Shown: positions 10,793-18,773 of the stretch, in pieces
Position numbering within the stretch: the stretch's first letter is position 1
How the letters are laid out: each line of letters opens with the position of its first letter
Source: Dehalococcoidia bacterium
GTDB taxonomy: Bacteria; Chloroflexota; Dehalococcoidia; GIF9; AB-539-J10
Assembly: GCA_030605765.1 (NCBI GenBank)
Contig: JAUWHP010000033.1
Span: 7,812-71,811 of the forward strand
Direction: 5' to 3'
DNA length: 64,000 bases
Notes under the pieces: generated by a model
Seen by the model: only the letters and a program-made list of their open reading frames with translations
Database searches by the model: none
Told to the model about the DNA's origin: nothing
Made by a program: the position numbers and the translations under genes

Positions 10793-13246
10793 ATGGCTAC
10801 TGGATTTGAAAGATTCTCGGAAGGAGCCCGTAAGGTGCTAGCGCGAGCTCAAGAGGAGGCTAAGCGCTTAGGTCACAGTTACATTGATACTGAGCATGTA
10901 TTGTTGGGGTTAGTAGCGGATGAATCAGGGGGGGCAGCCAAAGTCTTAATCAAACTGGGTGTCCCGTTGAATAAAGTGCAAGCAGCAGTGGAATTTGTAG
11001 TTGGGAAGGGAGAGAAAGAAACCAGTGGAGCGATTAGCCTTGCTCCTAGGGCCAAAAGAGTTATCGAACTTGCTGTTGATGAAGCGCGGCGGTTGAATTC
11101 TAACTACATCGGAACTGAGCATCTTCTGCTTGGTTTATTGCACGGAGGTGAAGGAGTAGCTGGTAATGTTTTGGAGAGTTTCGGTATTACTCTGGAGATG
11201 GCGCGTGAGGAAGTTAGTAAGATTATGAAACATGAAGCAATACATGCTCGCGCAGCTCGCAGTCCTACACGCACCCCAACTTTGGATCACCTTGGAACAG
11301 ATCTAACTGCTCTGGCTAAGGCAGATAAACTTGACCCCGTTATTGGACGTATCAAGGAGATTGAGAGAGTAGTTCAAATACTAAGCCGTCGCACTAAGAA
11401 CAATCCAGCACTTATCGGTGAACCAGGTGTTGGCAAAACAGCCATTGTTGAAGGGTTGGCTCAGCGTATCATATCTGGAGAAGTCCCTGAGGTATTACAA
11501 GGCAAGAGAATAGTCTCCTTAGATATAGGTGCCTTGGTGGCTGGAACAAAGTATCGTGGTGAATTTGAGGAGAGACTGAAGAGAGTTATTGAGGAGGAAA
11601 AAACTGCCGGGAATTGTATCCTGTTTATCGATGAAATGCAGACTATCGTGGGTGCTGGAGCGGCTGAGGGTGCTGTTGATGCCTCTAATATATTGAAACC
11701 CTCACTAGCACGTGGTGAAATACAGTGTATTGGTGCCACTACCTTGAATGATTACCGTAAATATGTGGAGAAAGACCCTGCTCTGGAGCGGAGGTTTCAG
11801 ACTGTCTTGGTGACTGAACCGACCGTGGAAGAAACTTTGGATATCTTGCGAGGCATTAAACATAGATATGAAGAATTTCATCGCTTGATTATAAGTGACG
11901 AAGCCTTGCAGGCAGCAGCTTCTTTGGCTGCCAGATACATACCTGACCGATATTTGCCTGATAAGGCTATTGATTTAGTGGATGAATCTGGTTCTAGAAA
12001 GCGTATCAAGCATAGTAGTGCTCCTATTGGTTTAACTGAGGCGAGGCAGGCTCTAGAAAGCGTGCGTAAGGAGAAGGAAACGGCCATCGCTTCTCAACAG
12101 TATGAGTACTCCGCTGAACTGCGTGACCGTGAGCTTCAACTGATAGAAAAGGTTGGGCAGACGGAGAAAGAGTGGCAGGTTAAGCAGGAACTGGGAAAAC
12201 CCACTGTTACTGCAGATGATATTGCTGAGGTAACCGGTATGTGGACGGGGATTCCAGTGGTGAAGTTGACGACTGATGAAACTAGCCGCCTTCTGCAAAT
12301 GGAGGAGGCTTTGCATCGTCGCATAATTGGCCAGGATGAAGCTATAAACACAGTAGCCAAAGCAGTGCGAAGAGCTCGAGCAGGTTTGAAAGCTCCGCGA
12401 CACCCAATTGGAGTCTTTATATTTTTGGGGCCTACAGGTGTAGGTAAAACTGAATTAGTGAGAGCATTAGCTGAATTCATGTTTGGCAGCGAGGATACTT
12501 TAGTCAGACTTGATATGTCAGAATTCATGGAGCGCCATACGGTGGCTCGCTTGGTTGGAGCACCACCTGGATACATAGGCTATGAAGAAGGTGGGCAATT
12601 AACTGAGGCGGTGAGGCGAAAGCCATATTGTTGTATTCTTCTCGATGAAATTGAAAAGGCGCATTATGACGTGTTCAATATGCTGCTTCAGATTTTTGAT
12701 GATGGCCACTTAACCGATGCTAAAGGGCGTCGTGTCGATTTTCGTAATAGCATCATAGCGATGACTAGCAACATTGGTGCTGAGCTTATTAAGCGCGATA
12801 TGAGTATTGGCTTTGCTACTCATGTTGATAGTAAAGGGAGCCAGCAAGTAGGATATGAGAAAATGAAGGGGAAGGTGCTGGGGGAAATGAAGAAGAAATT
12901 TCGCCCTGAGTTTCTCAACCGAATTGATGCTACTGTTGTCTTTCACGCTTTAAGCAAAGAAGACATTCGTCAGATTGTCGAGTTAATGCTTGGTGAAGTT
13001 GCTACTTCGCTTAAAGAGAAAAATGTAGCTTTAGAAGTTACGGATGCTGCTAAGGACCTCCTAGGCAGTAAGGGCTATGACCCTGTTTTTGGAGCCCGCC
13101 CTCTGCGTCGTGTAATCCAGAATTTAGTTGAAGACCCGCTTTCTGAGTCGTTGCTGCGAGGCGAATTTGAATCAGGAGATACCGTAGAGGCAGATGCTGA
13201 CGGCGAGAAGATTGTAATGCGGTCATTAGTTAAGGAGACCTTATAA
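10793..13246 (+). CDS. clpC: ATP-dependent Clp protease ATP-binding subunit ClpC
   Basis: 817-aa ORF with two Clp_N repeats and two AAA+ modules (GEPGVGKTAIVEGLA and [15 protein letters not shown]). Confidence 0.95.
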   Translation: MATGFERFSEGARKVLARAQEEAKRLGHSYIDTEHVLLGLVADESGGAAKVLIKLGVPLNKVQAAVEFVVGKGEKETSGAISLAPRAKRVIELAVDEARRLNSNYIGTEHLLLGLLHGGEGVAGNVLESFGITLEMAREEVSKIMKHEAIHARAARSPTRTPTLDHLGTDLTALAKADKLDPVIGRIKEIERVVQILSRRTKNNPALIGEPGVGKTAIVEGLAQRIISGEVPEVLQGKRIVSLDIGALVAGTKYRGEFEERLKRVIEEEKTAGNCILFIDEMQTIVGAGAAEGAVDASNILKPSLARGEIQCIGATTLNDYRKYVEKDPALERRFQTVLVTEPTVEETLDILRGIKHRYEEFHRLIISDEALQAAASLAARYIPDRYLPDKAIDLVDESGSRKRIKHSSAPIGLTEARQALESVRKEKETAIASQQYEYSAELRDRELQLIEKVGQTEKEWQVKQELGKPTVTADDIAEVTGMWTGIPVVKLTTDETSRLLQMEEALHRRIIGQDEAINTVAKAVRRARAGLKAPRHPIGVFIFLGPTGVGKTELVRALAEFMFGSEDTLVRLDMSEFMERHTVARLVGAPPGYIGYEEGGQLTEAVRRKPYCCILLDEIEKAHYDVFNMLLQIFDDGHLTDAKGRRVDFRNSIIAMTSNIGAELIKRDMSIGFATHVDSKGSQQVGYEKMKGKVLGEMKKKFRPEFLNRIDATVVFHALSKEDIRQIVELMLGEVATSLKEKNVALEVTDAAKDLLGSKGYDPVFGARPLRRVIQNLVEDPLSESLLRGEFESGDTVEADADGEKIVMRSLVKETL

Positions 13247-13360
13247 ATATAGTGTAAGAGCTGATCTAAGAAAGGGCTGCCAGAAAATATAAAAGGTCGC
13301 TGTAACTGATGCTAGTGGTCTTGTGGTGGGATGTTAAACGGCTTAGTTGAAATTTAATAA

Positions 13361-14749
13361 TTGGACAAATCTAAGGTCAAGCGTATTTTTGTTTGTCAGC
13401 AATGCGGCAAGGAAAGTGCCAAATGGTTAGGGCGATGCCCCAATTGCCAGGCATGGAATAGCTTTGTAGAGACCGCGGTTGGCCTATCGCATATCCCCTC
13501 TGATTGGTCTTGCTCTAGGGAAAACAAACCTCAAGAGCTTTCTCAAGTGGATATAGGCTCCTTTTCTCGCTTTCACCTCGGCTTTGCCGAACTGAATCGG
13601 GTTCTCGGAGGTGGTTTAGTTCCGGGTTCTTTGGTGCTTATCGGAGGCGAACCGGGAATAGGTAAATCCACACTTTTGCTGCAGGCTTTAGCCATGGTAG
13701 CAGAGAGTAACGGACCTGTCGCTTATGTTTCTGGAGAGGAATCTATTAATCAAGTTAAGCTCAGGGCTGAGCGCTTAAACGTGAGAGGCAAGGGGCTTTT
13801 CATCTTATCCGAAACTAGCTTATCTGCACTCTTAGGGCATTTGGAAGCACTTCTACCTCACTTGGTGGCTATAGATTCAATTCAAAGCGTGTATCTGGAA
13901 GATGCGTCTGGTGTACCCGGCAGTATTGCTCAAGTACGTGAATGCACACTGAGGTTGATGTATTGGGCAAAGCAAAATAATGTGCCTGTATTTATCATAG
14001 GGCATGTGACTAAAGACGGTGCTATTGCTGGCCCTGGAGCGTTGGAGCACATCGTTGATGTAGTGCTTTATTTCGAAGGTGAACAATTCAGTAACTATAG
14101 GATGCTGCGGAGCGTAAAAAATCGCTTTGGCTCCACTAACGAAGTGGGCGTCTTTGAGATGGGCCGTAGTGGGCTGATAGAAATAGAGAACCCGTCTCAA
14201 GTTTTCTTATCTAATTATAAGGATGCTGCTATTGGCTCTGTCGTGGTGCCGGTGCTTGAGGGGACACGCCCCTTGTTGGTGGAAATTCAAGCCTTGATTA
14301 CCCCTGCCAGTTTTGGCCCACCCCGGCGCATTGCTAATGGCATCGATTTTAATCGTCTTCTGTTGATTAGTGCCGTGCTTAGTAAACGCGCTGGGCTGAA
14401 GGTTTCTAACCAGGATATCATGGTCAACGTTACTGGTGGACTCAAGGTCAATGAACCGGCAATTGACTTAGGAATTGCCTTGGCTATAGCCTCTAGCTTT
14501 CGTGATAGTAAACCGCTCTCTGGCTTGGTTGCGCTGGGAGAAGTAGGCCTGAACGGGGAACTCAGATCTGTAGCTCAGGCTGAGCGACGGATTGCTGAGG
14601 CTATCAGATTGGGCTTTAAATCTTGCCTTATGCCTAGATCTTCATCTGAGCTTTCTCTTGGCAAGGGGGACATTGAATTAATCGAAGCTAGCTCTGTAGC
14701 TGATGCCCTGCATTTAGGTTTGAGACGGGAGCCGAAAGGAAAGCAATAA
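13361..14749 (+). CDS. radA: DNA repair protein RadA
   Basis: N-terminal C4 zinc finger (CQQCG...CPNCQ), RecA-like Walker A GEPGIGKSTLLLQ, KNRFG motif and a Lon-protease-like C-terminal domain. The start codon is TTG. Confidence 0.93.
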   Translation: MDKSKVKRIFVCQQCGKESAKWLGRCPNCQAWNSFVETAVGLSHIPSDWSCSRENKPQELSQVDIGSFSRFHLGFAELNRVLGGGLVPGSLVLIGGEPGIGKSTLLLQALAMVAESNGPVAYVSGEESINQVKLRAERLNVRGKGLFILSETSLSALLGHLEALLPHLVAIDSIQSVYLEDASGVPGSIAQVRECTLRLMYWAKQNNVPVFIIGHVTKDGAIAGPGALEHIVDVVLYFEGEQFSNYRMLRSVKNRFGSTNEVGVFEMGRSGLIEIENPSQVFLSNYKDAAIGSVVVPVLEGTRPLLVEIQALITPASFGPPRRIANGIDFNRLLLISAVLSKRAGLKVSNQDIMVNVTGGLKVNEPAIDLGIALAIASSFRDSKPLSGLVALGEVGLNGELRSVAQAERRIAEAIRLGFKSCLMPRSSSELSLGKGDIELIEASSVADALHLGLRREPKGKQ

Positions 14750-15961
14750 ATGGGCGAGACCTCTGGAGTAGGGGTTATTATAGTTGCTGCTGGCAAGGCT
14801 GAGCGGATGGGTGCTACGGACAAAATCTTTGCTCCCTTGGCGGGCAAACCTGTATTAGCTTGGCCGGTGGATACATGCCAGCGATGTAGCTTAGTTAAGC
14901 AGATAATCATTACGCTGAATAATGGCAATCTAAAGCCAGGCCAGAAGTTAAAAGAAGAAAGAGCTTGGACCAAGGCTACTATGTGTCTTGGTGGTGCACA
15001 GCGACAAGACTCGGTAAAGGAAGGGCTACTCAAGCTGAAGGACTGTGATCGAGTCATAATTCACGATGGAGCTCGCCCTTTCCTGACTTCGGATTTAATT
15101 CAAAATGGCTTGGAGGCAGCCAAAGAAACTGGTGCTGCTGTAGCTGCCGTGCCGGTTAAGGATACCATCAAATTTACCGATGATACGGGGTTAATTACGG
15201 AAACGCTTCAGCGTAATAGGTTGTGGGCAGTACAAACTCCACAAATATTCAGCTTTGATGTAATAAACCAGGCTTACCAGGAACTCACAACCGAGATTAC
15301 TGATGACGCCGCTGCTGTGGAGCGCTCAGGACACAAAGTGAAGATTTATCCTGGCGATTACAATAATATAAAGATAACCACACCTGAGGATTTGGCGCTA
15401 GCGGAGATTATTGCACGGCTTAATCCTGAACAAAGCAAGTGCCCTCCTTGTTACCCTGAGCGGCACGAAGGAGCTAAGGAAGAACTGAGAGTTGGCATTG
15501 GCTATGATAGCCATCCTTTGGTTCCGGGGCGCAAGCTGGTTTTGGGTGGTGTGGATATTCCTTATGATAAGGGCTTATTAGGGCGGAGTGATGCTGATGT
15601 GGCCACTCACGCTATTATAGATGCTTTGTGTGGTGCCGCTGATCTTGGTGATATTGGCACTCGGTTCCCTCCGGAAGATCCGAGGCACGAAGGCATCTCC
15701 AGTTTGGATTTGCTGAATGAAATTCGTAAGCTACTTGAAGGAAAAAACTTTAAGGTAACTAATATCGATACTACTATCATTGCCCAACGTCCCAAACTTT
15801 CGCCTTTTGTTCCTGAGATGAGAAAACAAATCAGCCAAGCTTTAGGTATTAAAACGACACAGGTGACGATTAAAGCTACTACCACCGATGGTTTAGGTTT
15901 TATCGGTAGAGAAGAGGGAATAGCTGCTCAATCTGTAGCTTTAGTTACCACCATTTTATAA
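14750..15961 (+). CDS. ispDF: bifunctional 2-C-methyl-D-erythritol 4-phosphate cytidylyltransferase / 2-C-methyl-D-erythritol 2,4-cyclodiphosphate synthase
   Basis: N-terminal IspD (VIIVAAGKAERMG) fused to C-terminal IspF (RVGIGYDSHPL...GRSDADV). Confidence 0.92.
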   Translation: MGETSGVGVIIVAAGKAERMGATDKIFAPLAGKPVLAWPVDTCQRCSLVKQIIITLNNGNLKPGQKLKEERAWTKATMCLGGAQRQDSVKEGLLKLKDCDRVIIHDGARPFLTSDLIQNGLEAAKETGAAVAAVPVKDTIKFTDDTGLITETLQRNRLWAVQTPQIFSFDVINQAYQELTTEITDDAAAVERSGHKVKIYPGDYNNIKITTPEDLALAEIIARLNPEQSKCPPCYPERHEGAKEELRVGIGYDSHPLVPGRKLVLGGVDIPYDKGLLGRSDADVATHAIIDALCGAADLGDIGTRFPPEDPRHEGISSLDLLNEIRKLLEGKNFKVTNIDTTIIAQRPKLSPFVPEMRKQISQALGIKTTQVTIKATTTDGLGFIGREEGIAAQSVALVTTIL

Positions 15962-16212
15962 CTTGGTTTACCTTCTTCCCAGTAGACTATAAATTTGACT
16001 GCTCTCTGTTGTGTCAAATACTCTTCACTTTCCCGGCGCAGCTTTTTGAAATCCGTTGATTCTAAAAAGGCCTTGAGAAGCTCGATATTCATTGCTGCTT
16101 CTTTGTCTTCTTGCGCACTTTCCATATACTTGTTTACCAGGCTCCAGAATTCTTCTCTGGCTACAGTTTCTATGCAATGGGAAAGGCTGGGCAAAAGGTC
16201 TATACAACCCAT
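15928..16212 (-). CDS. hypothetical small acidic protein (convergent with ispDF, overlapping its 3' end)
   Basis: 94-aa ORF with no recognisable domain and helical/acidic composition. The real start may be an internal Met. Confidence 0.3.
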   Translation of the reverse strand: MGCIDLLPSLSHCIETVAREEFWSLVNKYMESAQEDKEAAMNIELLKAFLESTDFKKLRRESEEYLTQQRAVKFIVYWEEGKPSYKMVVTKATD

Positions 16213-16251
16213 ATTCTAATTTGTATCACTAACTAACAATATTTTCAAAAT

Positions 16252-16280
16252 TTGACAGCATTAATGATGGGTGTTAGAAT
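16252..16280 (+). promoter_or_regulatory. near-consensus sigma70-type promoter (TTGACA, 17-nt spacer, TAGAAT) for the DUF134 operon
   Basis: TTGACAgcattaatgatgggtgtTAGAAT read directly from the sequence, about 50 nt upstream of the DUF134 gene start. Confidence 0.55.
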
Positions 16281-16329
16281 CATTATTGACATATGTTCAT
16301 AATGACTAATGGAGATGAGGTGATTTCTG

Positions 16330-16794
16330 TTGGCTAGGCCGGTGAAATTGCGGTGTGTTGCCCAATTACCTAGAGCGGGTTTTTTTAGGCCGGTAGGGCC
16401 TCCAGCAAGTGCTTTACAAAAGGTTTGCCTTTCTGTGGAAGAAATCGAATCTATTCGGCTTAAGGATTTTGAGGGGTTGGAGCAGGAGGAATGTGCTCAA
16501 GAGATGCGCATCTCCAGGCCAACTTTCCACCGTATATTAGGGTCAGCCAGAAAGAAATTGGCCGATGCCTTGGTTAATGGCAAAGCGATTCAAGTTGAAG
16601 GTGGTAACTTTGGATTAGCTCAAAGTTATTTTAGGTGTAACAATGATGGACATGAATGGAATGTACCTTTTGAGGCTCTGGCACGTGGATTTCCATTATC
16701 TTGCCCTATATGCTCCAGTGCGAACATCCAGCCTTTGCCTTCATTTGGCTTTGGGAAAAGATATGGCAGGCGATTCCGTGGAGGAAGAGTTTAA
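16330..16794 (+). CDS. DUF134 (UPF0251) family putative DNA-binding protein with C-terminal Cys-containing extension
   Basis: N-terminus MARPVKLRCVAQLPRAGFFRPVGPP...VEEIESIRLKDFEGLEQEECAQEMRISRPTFHRILGSARKKLADALVNGKAI matches the DUF134 signature (sigma-70 region-4-like HTH). The C-terminal extension has C-x4-H ... CPIC. Confidence 0.8.
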   Translation: MARPVKLRCVAQLPRAGFFRPVGPPASALQKVCLSVEEIESIRLKDFEGLEQEECAQEMRISRPTFHRILGSARKKLADALVNGKAIQVEGGNFGLAQSYFRCNNDGHEWNVPFEALARGFPLSCPICSSANIQPLPSFGFGKRYGRRFRGGRV

Positions 16795-16837
16795 CAATGG
16801 AATACAAGAAGAATATAAGAAAAGGAGGTGAGTAAGA

Positions 16838-17077
16838 ATGCCATTTGGAGATGGAACAGGGCCAGTAGGGTTGGGTCCAATGACGGGCAGAGCAGCGGGT
16901 TTTTGTGCCGGTTTCGGCAGGCCTGGGTTTGCCAATCCCATTCCTGGAAGTTGGTTTGGCTTTGGCAGTGGGGCACCTTATGGGCATTACTATGCTGGGC
17001 GTTATAGCCGTTTCTATCCTTGGCGAGGTCGGGGCAGACGGTGGAGATGGTGGGCGCCCTATCGGTATTCCTGGTAA
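16838..17077 (+). CDS. Gly-rich small protein, DUF5320-like N-terminal module (MPFGDGTGPVGLGPMTGRAAGFC...); C-terminal part apparently out of frame
   Basis: Strong RBS aaggaggtg, conserved N-terminal motif shared with 17298 and 18548. The C-terminus (RGRGRRWRWWAPYRYSW) looks like frame-shifted sequence. Confidence 0.6.
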   Translation: MPFGDGTGPVGLGPMTGRAAGFCAGFGRPGFANPIPGSWFGFGSGAPYGHYYAGRYSRFYPWRGRGRRWRWWAPYRYSW

Positions 17078-17103
17078 GGAAGAAATTTAGGGGGGGTGAT
17101 ATA

Positions 17104-17280
17104 ATGTGGCCTTGGTTTGGACGGAATCCTTGGGGATGGCCTGCATATAGAATGCCTTATGGTTACCCGTGGGGAGCCATACCTAAAGAGGAAGAGATAA
17201 GAATGCTTAAAGAGCAAGAGAGATGGCTGACGAACGAACTGAATGATGTAAAGAAGAGACTTGAAGAAATTCGCAAATAA
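17104..17280 (+). CDS. small Trp/Pro-rich protein with C-terminal coiled-coil (DUF5320-like C-terminal module)
   Basis: 58 aa: MWPWFGRNPWGWPAYRMPYGYPWGAIPKEEEIRMLKEQERWLTNELNDVKKRLEEIRK. A G7 tract plus ATG sits at 17090-17106. The coiled-coil motif recurs in the 17298 and 17705 products. Confidence 0.5.
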   Translation: MWPWFGRNPWGWPAYRMPYGYPWGAIPKEEEIRMLKEQERWLTNELNDVKKRLEEIRK

Positions 17281-17297
17281 AATTAAGGAGGTGAATT

Positions 17298-17690
17298 ATG
17301 CCAGGATTTGATGGAACAGGACCAGGTGGAATGGGTCCGATGACAGGAGGTGGAAGGGGTTTTTGTAGCCCCTGGGGCTCAGGCGGTTGGCACGGTTTAG
17401 GGAGAGGAGGCGGTTTTGGATTTAGGGGAAGCTCTCCTCCGTGGCCTTTTGTTGGTATAGGTAGGGGGGGATTGCCCAGAGGTGCGTATCCGGGAGCTGC
17501 TGGGATGCCTGTATCACCAGCCTACCCCTCTTATAGTAGCCCTTCGACTATGCCTTATGGGAGTAGCCCTTACGCTGCACAAATGACTCGGGAGCAGGAA
17601 ATGGATTTTCTGAAGAGCCAAACTGAAGCAATGAAGGGGCAATTGGAGCAAATTGGTGCTAGAATGAAAGAACTGGAAACAGAAGAATAA
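17298..17690 (+). CDS. DUF5320-like Gly-rich protein (full length: N-terminal GDGTGP motif plus C-terminal coiled-coil)
   Basis: RBS aaggaggtg. Sequence MPGFDGTGPGGMGPMTGGGRGFC ... REQEMDFLKSQTEAMKGQLEQIGARMKELE. Confidence 0.75.
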   Translation: MPGFDGTGPGGMGPMTGGGRGFCSPWGSGGWHGLGRGGGFGFRGSSPPWPFVGIGRGGLPRGAYPGAAGMPVSPAYPSYSSPSTMPYGSSPYAAQMTREQEMDFLKSQTEAMKGQLEQIGARMKELETEE

Positions 17691-17704
17691 GAAGGAGGAG
17701 AATC

Positions 17705-18283
17705 ATGAAGATCGGAGTGTCAGCAATAGCTCCTAGTTTAGATGCTGAAGTGGACCCCCGGTTTGGAAGATGCCAATACTTTGTCATTGTTGATCCGCAA
17801 ACCATGGAATTTGAAGCTTTACAGAATTCTAGTGCCATGGCTGCAGGTGGAGCTGGCATTAGCACGGCTCAGATGATTGCCAATAAAGGGGTACAAGTAA
17901 TACTTACCGGCAATTGTGGGCCTAATGCTTATCAGACATTATCCGCTGCTGGACTTCAGGTGATCACTGGCGCTGCCGGCAGGATAAGGGATGTTGTGCA
18001 GGCTTATAAGGATGGTAAATTTCAACCAACTGCTCAGGCTAATGTAGGTAGCCATTATGGCATGGGCAGTGGCTCTGGTATGGGTATGGGCCGCGGCATG
18101 GGCATGGGCATGGGTAGAGGAATGGGGCGTGGTATGGGGATGGCATCTATGACAGAGCCAGTACCTCAAGCCGTGGGCCCAGAACAAGAGACAGAGATGC
18201 TTAAAAGCCAGGCACAGGTATTAGGGCAGCAATTAAATGAAATACAACGGCGTATTGAGGAGTTAAGTAAAAAGAAGGAGTAA
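17705..18283 (+). CDS. NifX/NafY-like dinitrogenase FeMo-cofactor-binding family protein (Nitro_FeMo-Co, PF02579-like) with Met/Gly-repeat and coiled-coil C-terminal tail
   Basis: MKIGVSA...VDPRFGRCQYFVIVD...GAGISTAQMIANKGVQVILTGNCGPNAYQTL is a Nitro_FeMo-Co fold signature. The tail has GMGSGSGMGMGRGMGMGMGRGMGRGMGM followed by ETEMLKSQAQVLGQQLNEIQRRIEEL. Confidence 0.8.
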   Translation: MKIGVSAIAPSLDAEVDPRFGRCQYFVIVDPQTMEFEALQNSSAMAAGGAGISTAQMIANKGVQVILTGNCGPNAYQTLSAAGLQVITGAAGRIRDVVQAYKDGKFQPTAQANVGSHYGMGSGSGMGMGRGMGMGMGRGMGRGMGMASMTEPVPQAVGPEQETEMLKSQAQVLGQQLNEIQRRIEELSKKKE

Positions 18284-18292
18284 GGAGGTGCT

Positions 18293-18505
18293 ATGCCCAT
18301 CTATGAATATCAATGCACTCAGTGCGGACAAAAATTCGAGGTTCGCCAAACGATTGGTGAGGGAGGTTCTAAGCTAAGCTGCCCTAAATGCCATGCCTCA
18401 AATCCTGAAAGGCTCTTTTCTTCGTTCTTCAGCCCAGCCTCAATCACAACTGAGTCTTCAGGGACAAGCTGTCCTACTTGCAACTCTGGAATTTGTGGGC
18501 TGTAG
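18293..18505 (+). CDS. FmdB-family zinc-ribbon protein
   Basis: MPIYEYQCTQCGQKFEV...LSCPKCHAS is the hallmark FmdB CxxC...CxxC. An extra C-terminal CPTCNSGIC is present. Confidence 0.8.
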   Translation: MPIYEYQCTQCGQKFEVRQTIGEGGSKLSCPKCHASNPERLFSSFFSPASITTESSGTSCPTCNSGICGL

Positions 18506-18547
18506 CCTAGAAGCTAAAGAGAGCCGATTTCTATTGGAGGTGTTATT

Positions 18548-18772
18548 ATGTCCAGAGGAGATGGCACAGGCCCTTTGGGTCAGGGACGGGGGACAGGAAA
18601 AGGGATGGGCCGTGGTATGGGAAGTGGGAGAATGGGAGGGAACCGCCCTGGAGCGGGTCCTAGCGGAAACTGCGTTTGCCCCAGTTGTGGGACAAAAGTC
18701 TCCCACCAGGTGGGCGTTCCCTGTTACAACCTGAGTTGTCCTAAGTGCGGGACGAAAATGATTAGAGAATAG
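18548..18772 (+). CDS. Gly-rich (GDGTGP motif) small protein fused to a C-terminal zinc ribbon
   Basis: MSRGDGTGPLGQGRGTGKGMGRGMG... then CVCPSCGTK...CPKCGTK. Confidence 0.65.
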   Translation: MSRGDGTGPLGQGRGTGKGMGRGMGSGRMGGNRPGAGPSGNCVCPSCGTKVSHQVGVPCYNLSCPKCGTKMIRE

Positions 18773-18773
18773 A

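Noticed and set aside
16643-17090. Overlapping alternative-frame ORFs in the Gly-rich gene region (16643-16831, 16706-16987, 16741-16941, 16791-16976, 16905-17090; also 17659-17865(-), 17939-18187(-), 18393-18734, 18458-18808(-)).
   Set aside because: These are products of the repetitive GGN/GGG codon structure. The frames with RBS plus the conserved GDGTGP, coiled-coil or Nitro_FeMo-Co signatures were taken as the genes. I kept the 16905 frame only as evidence for the frameshift finding.
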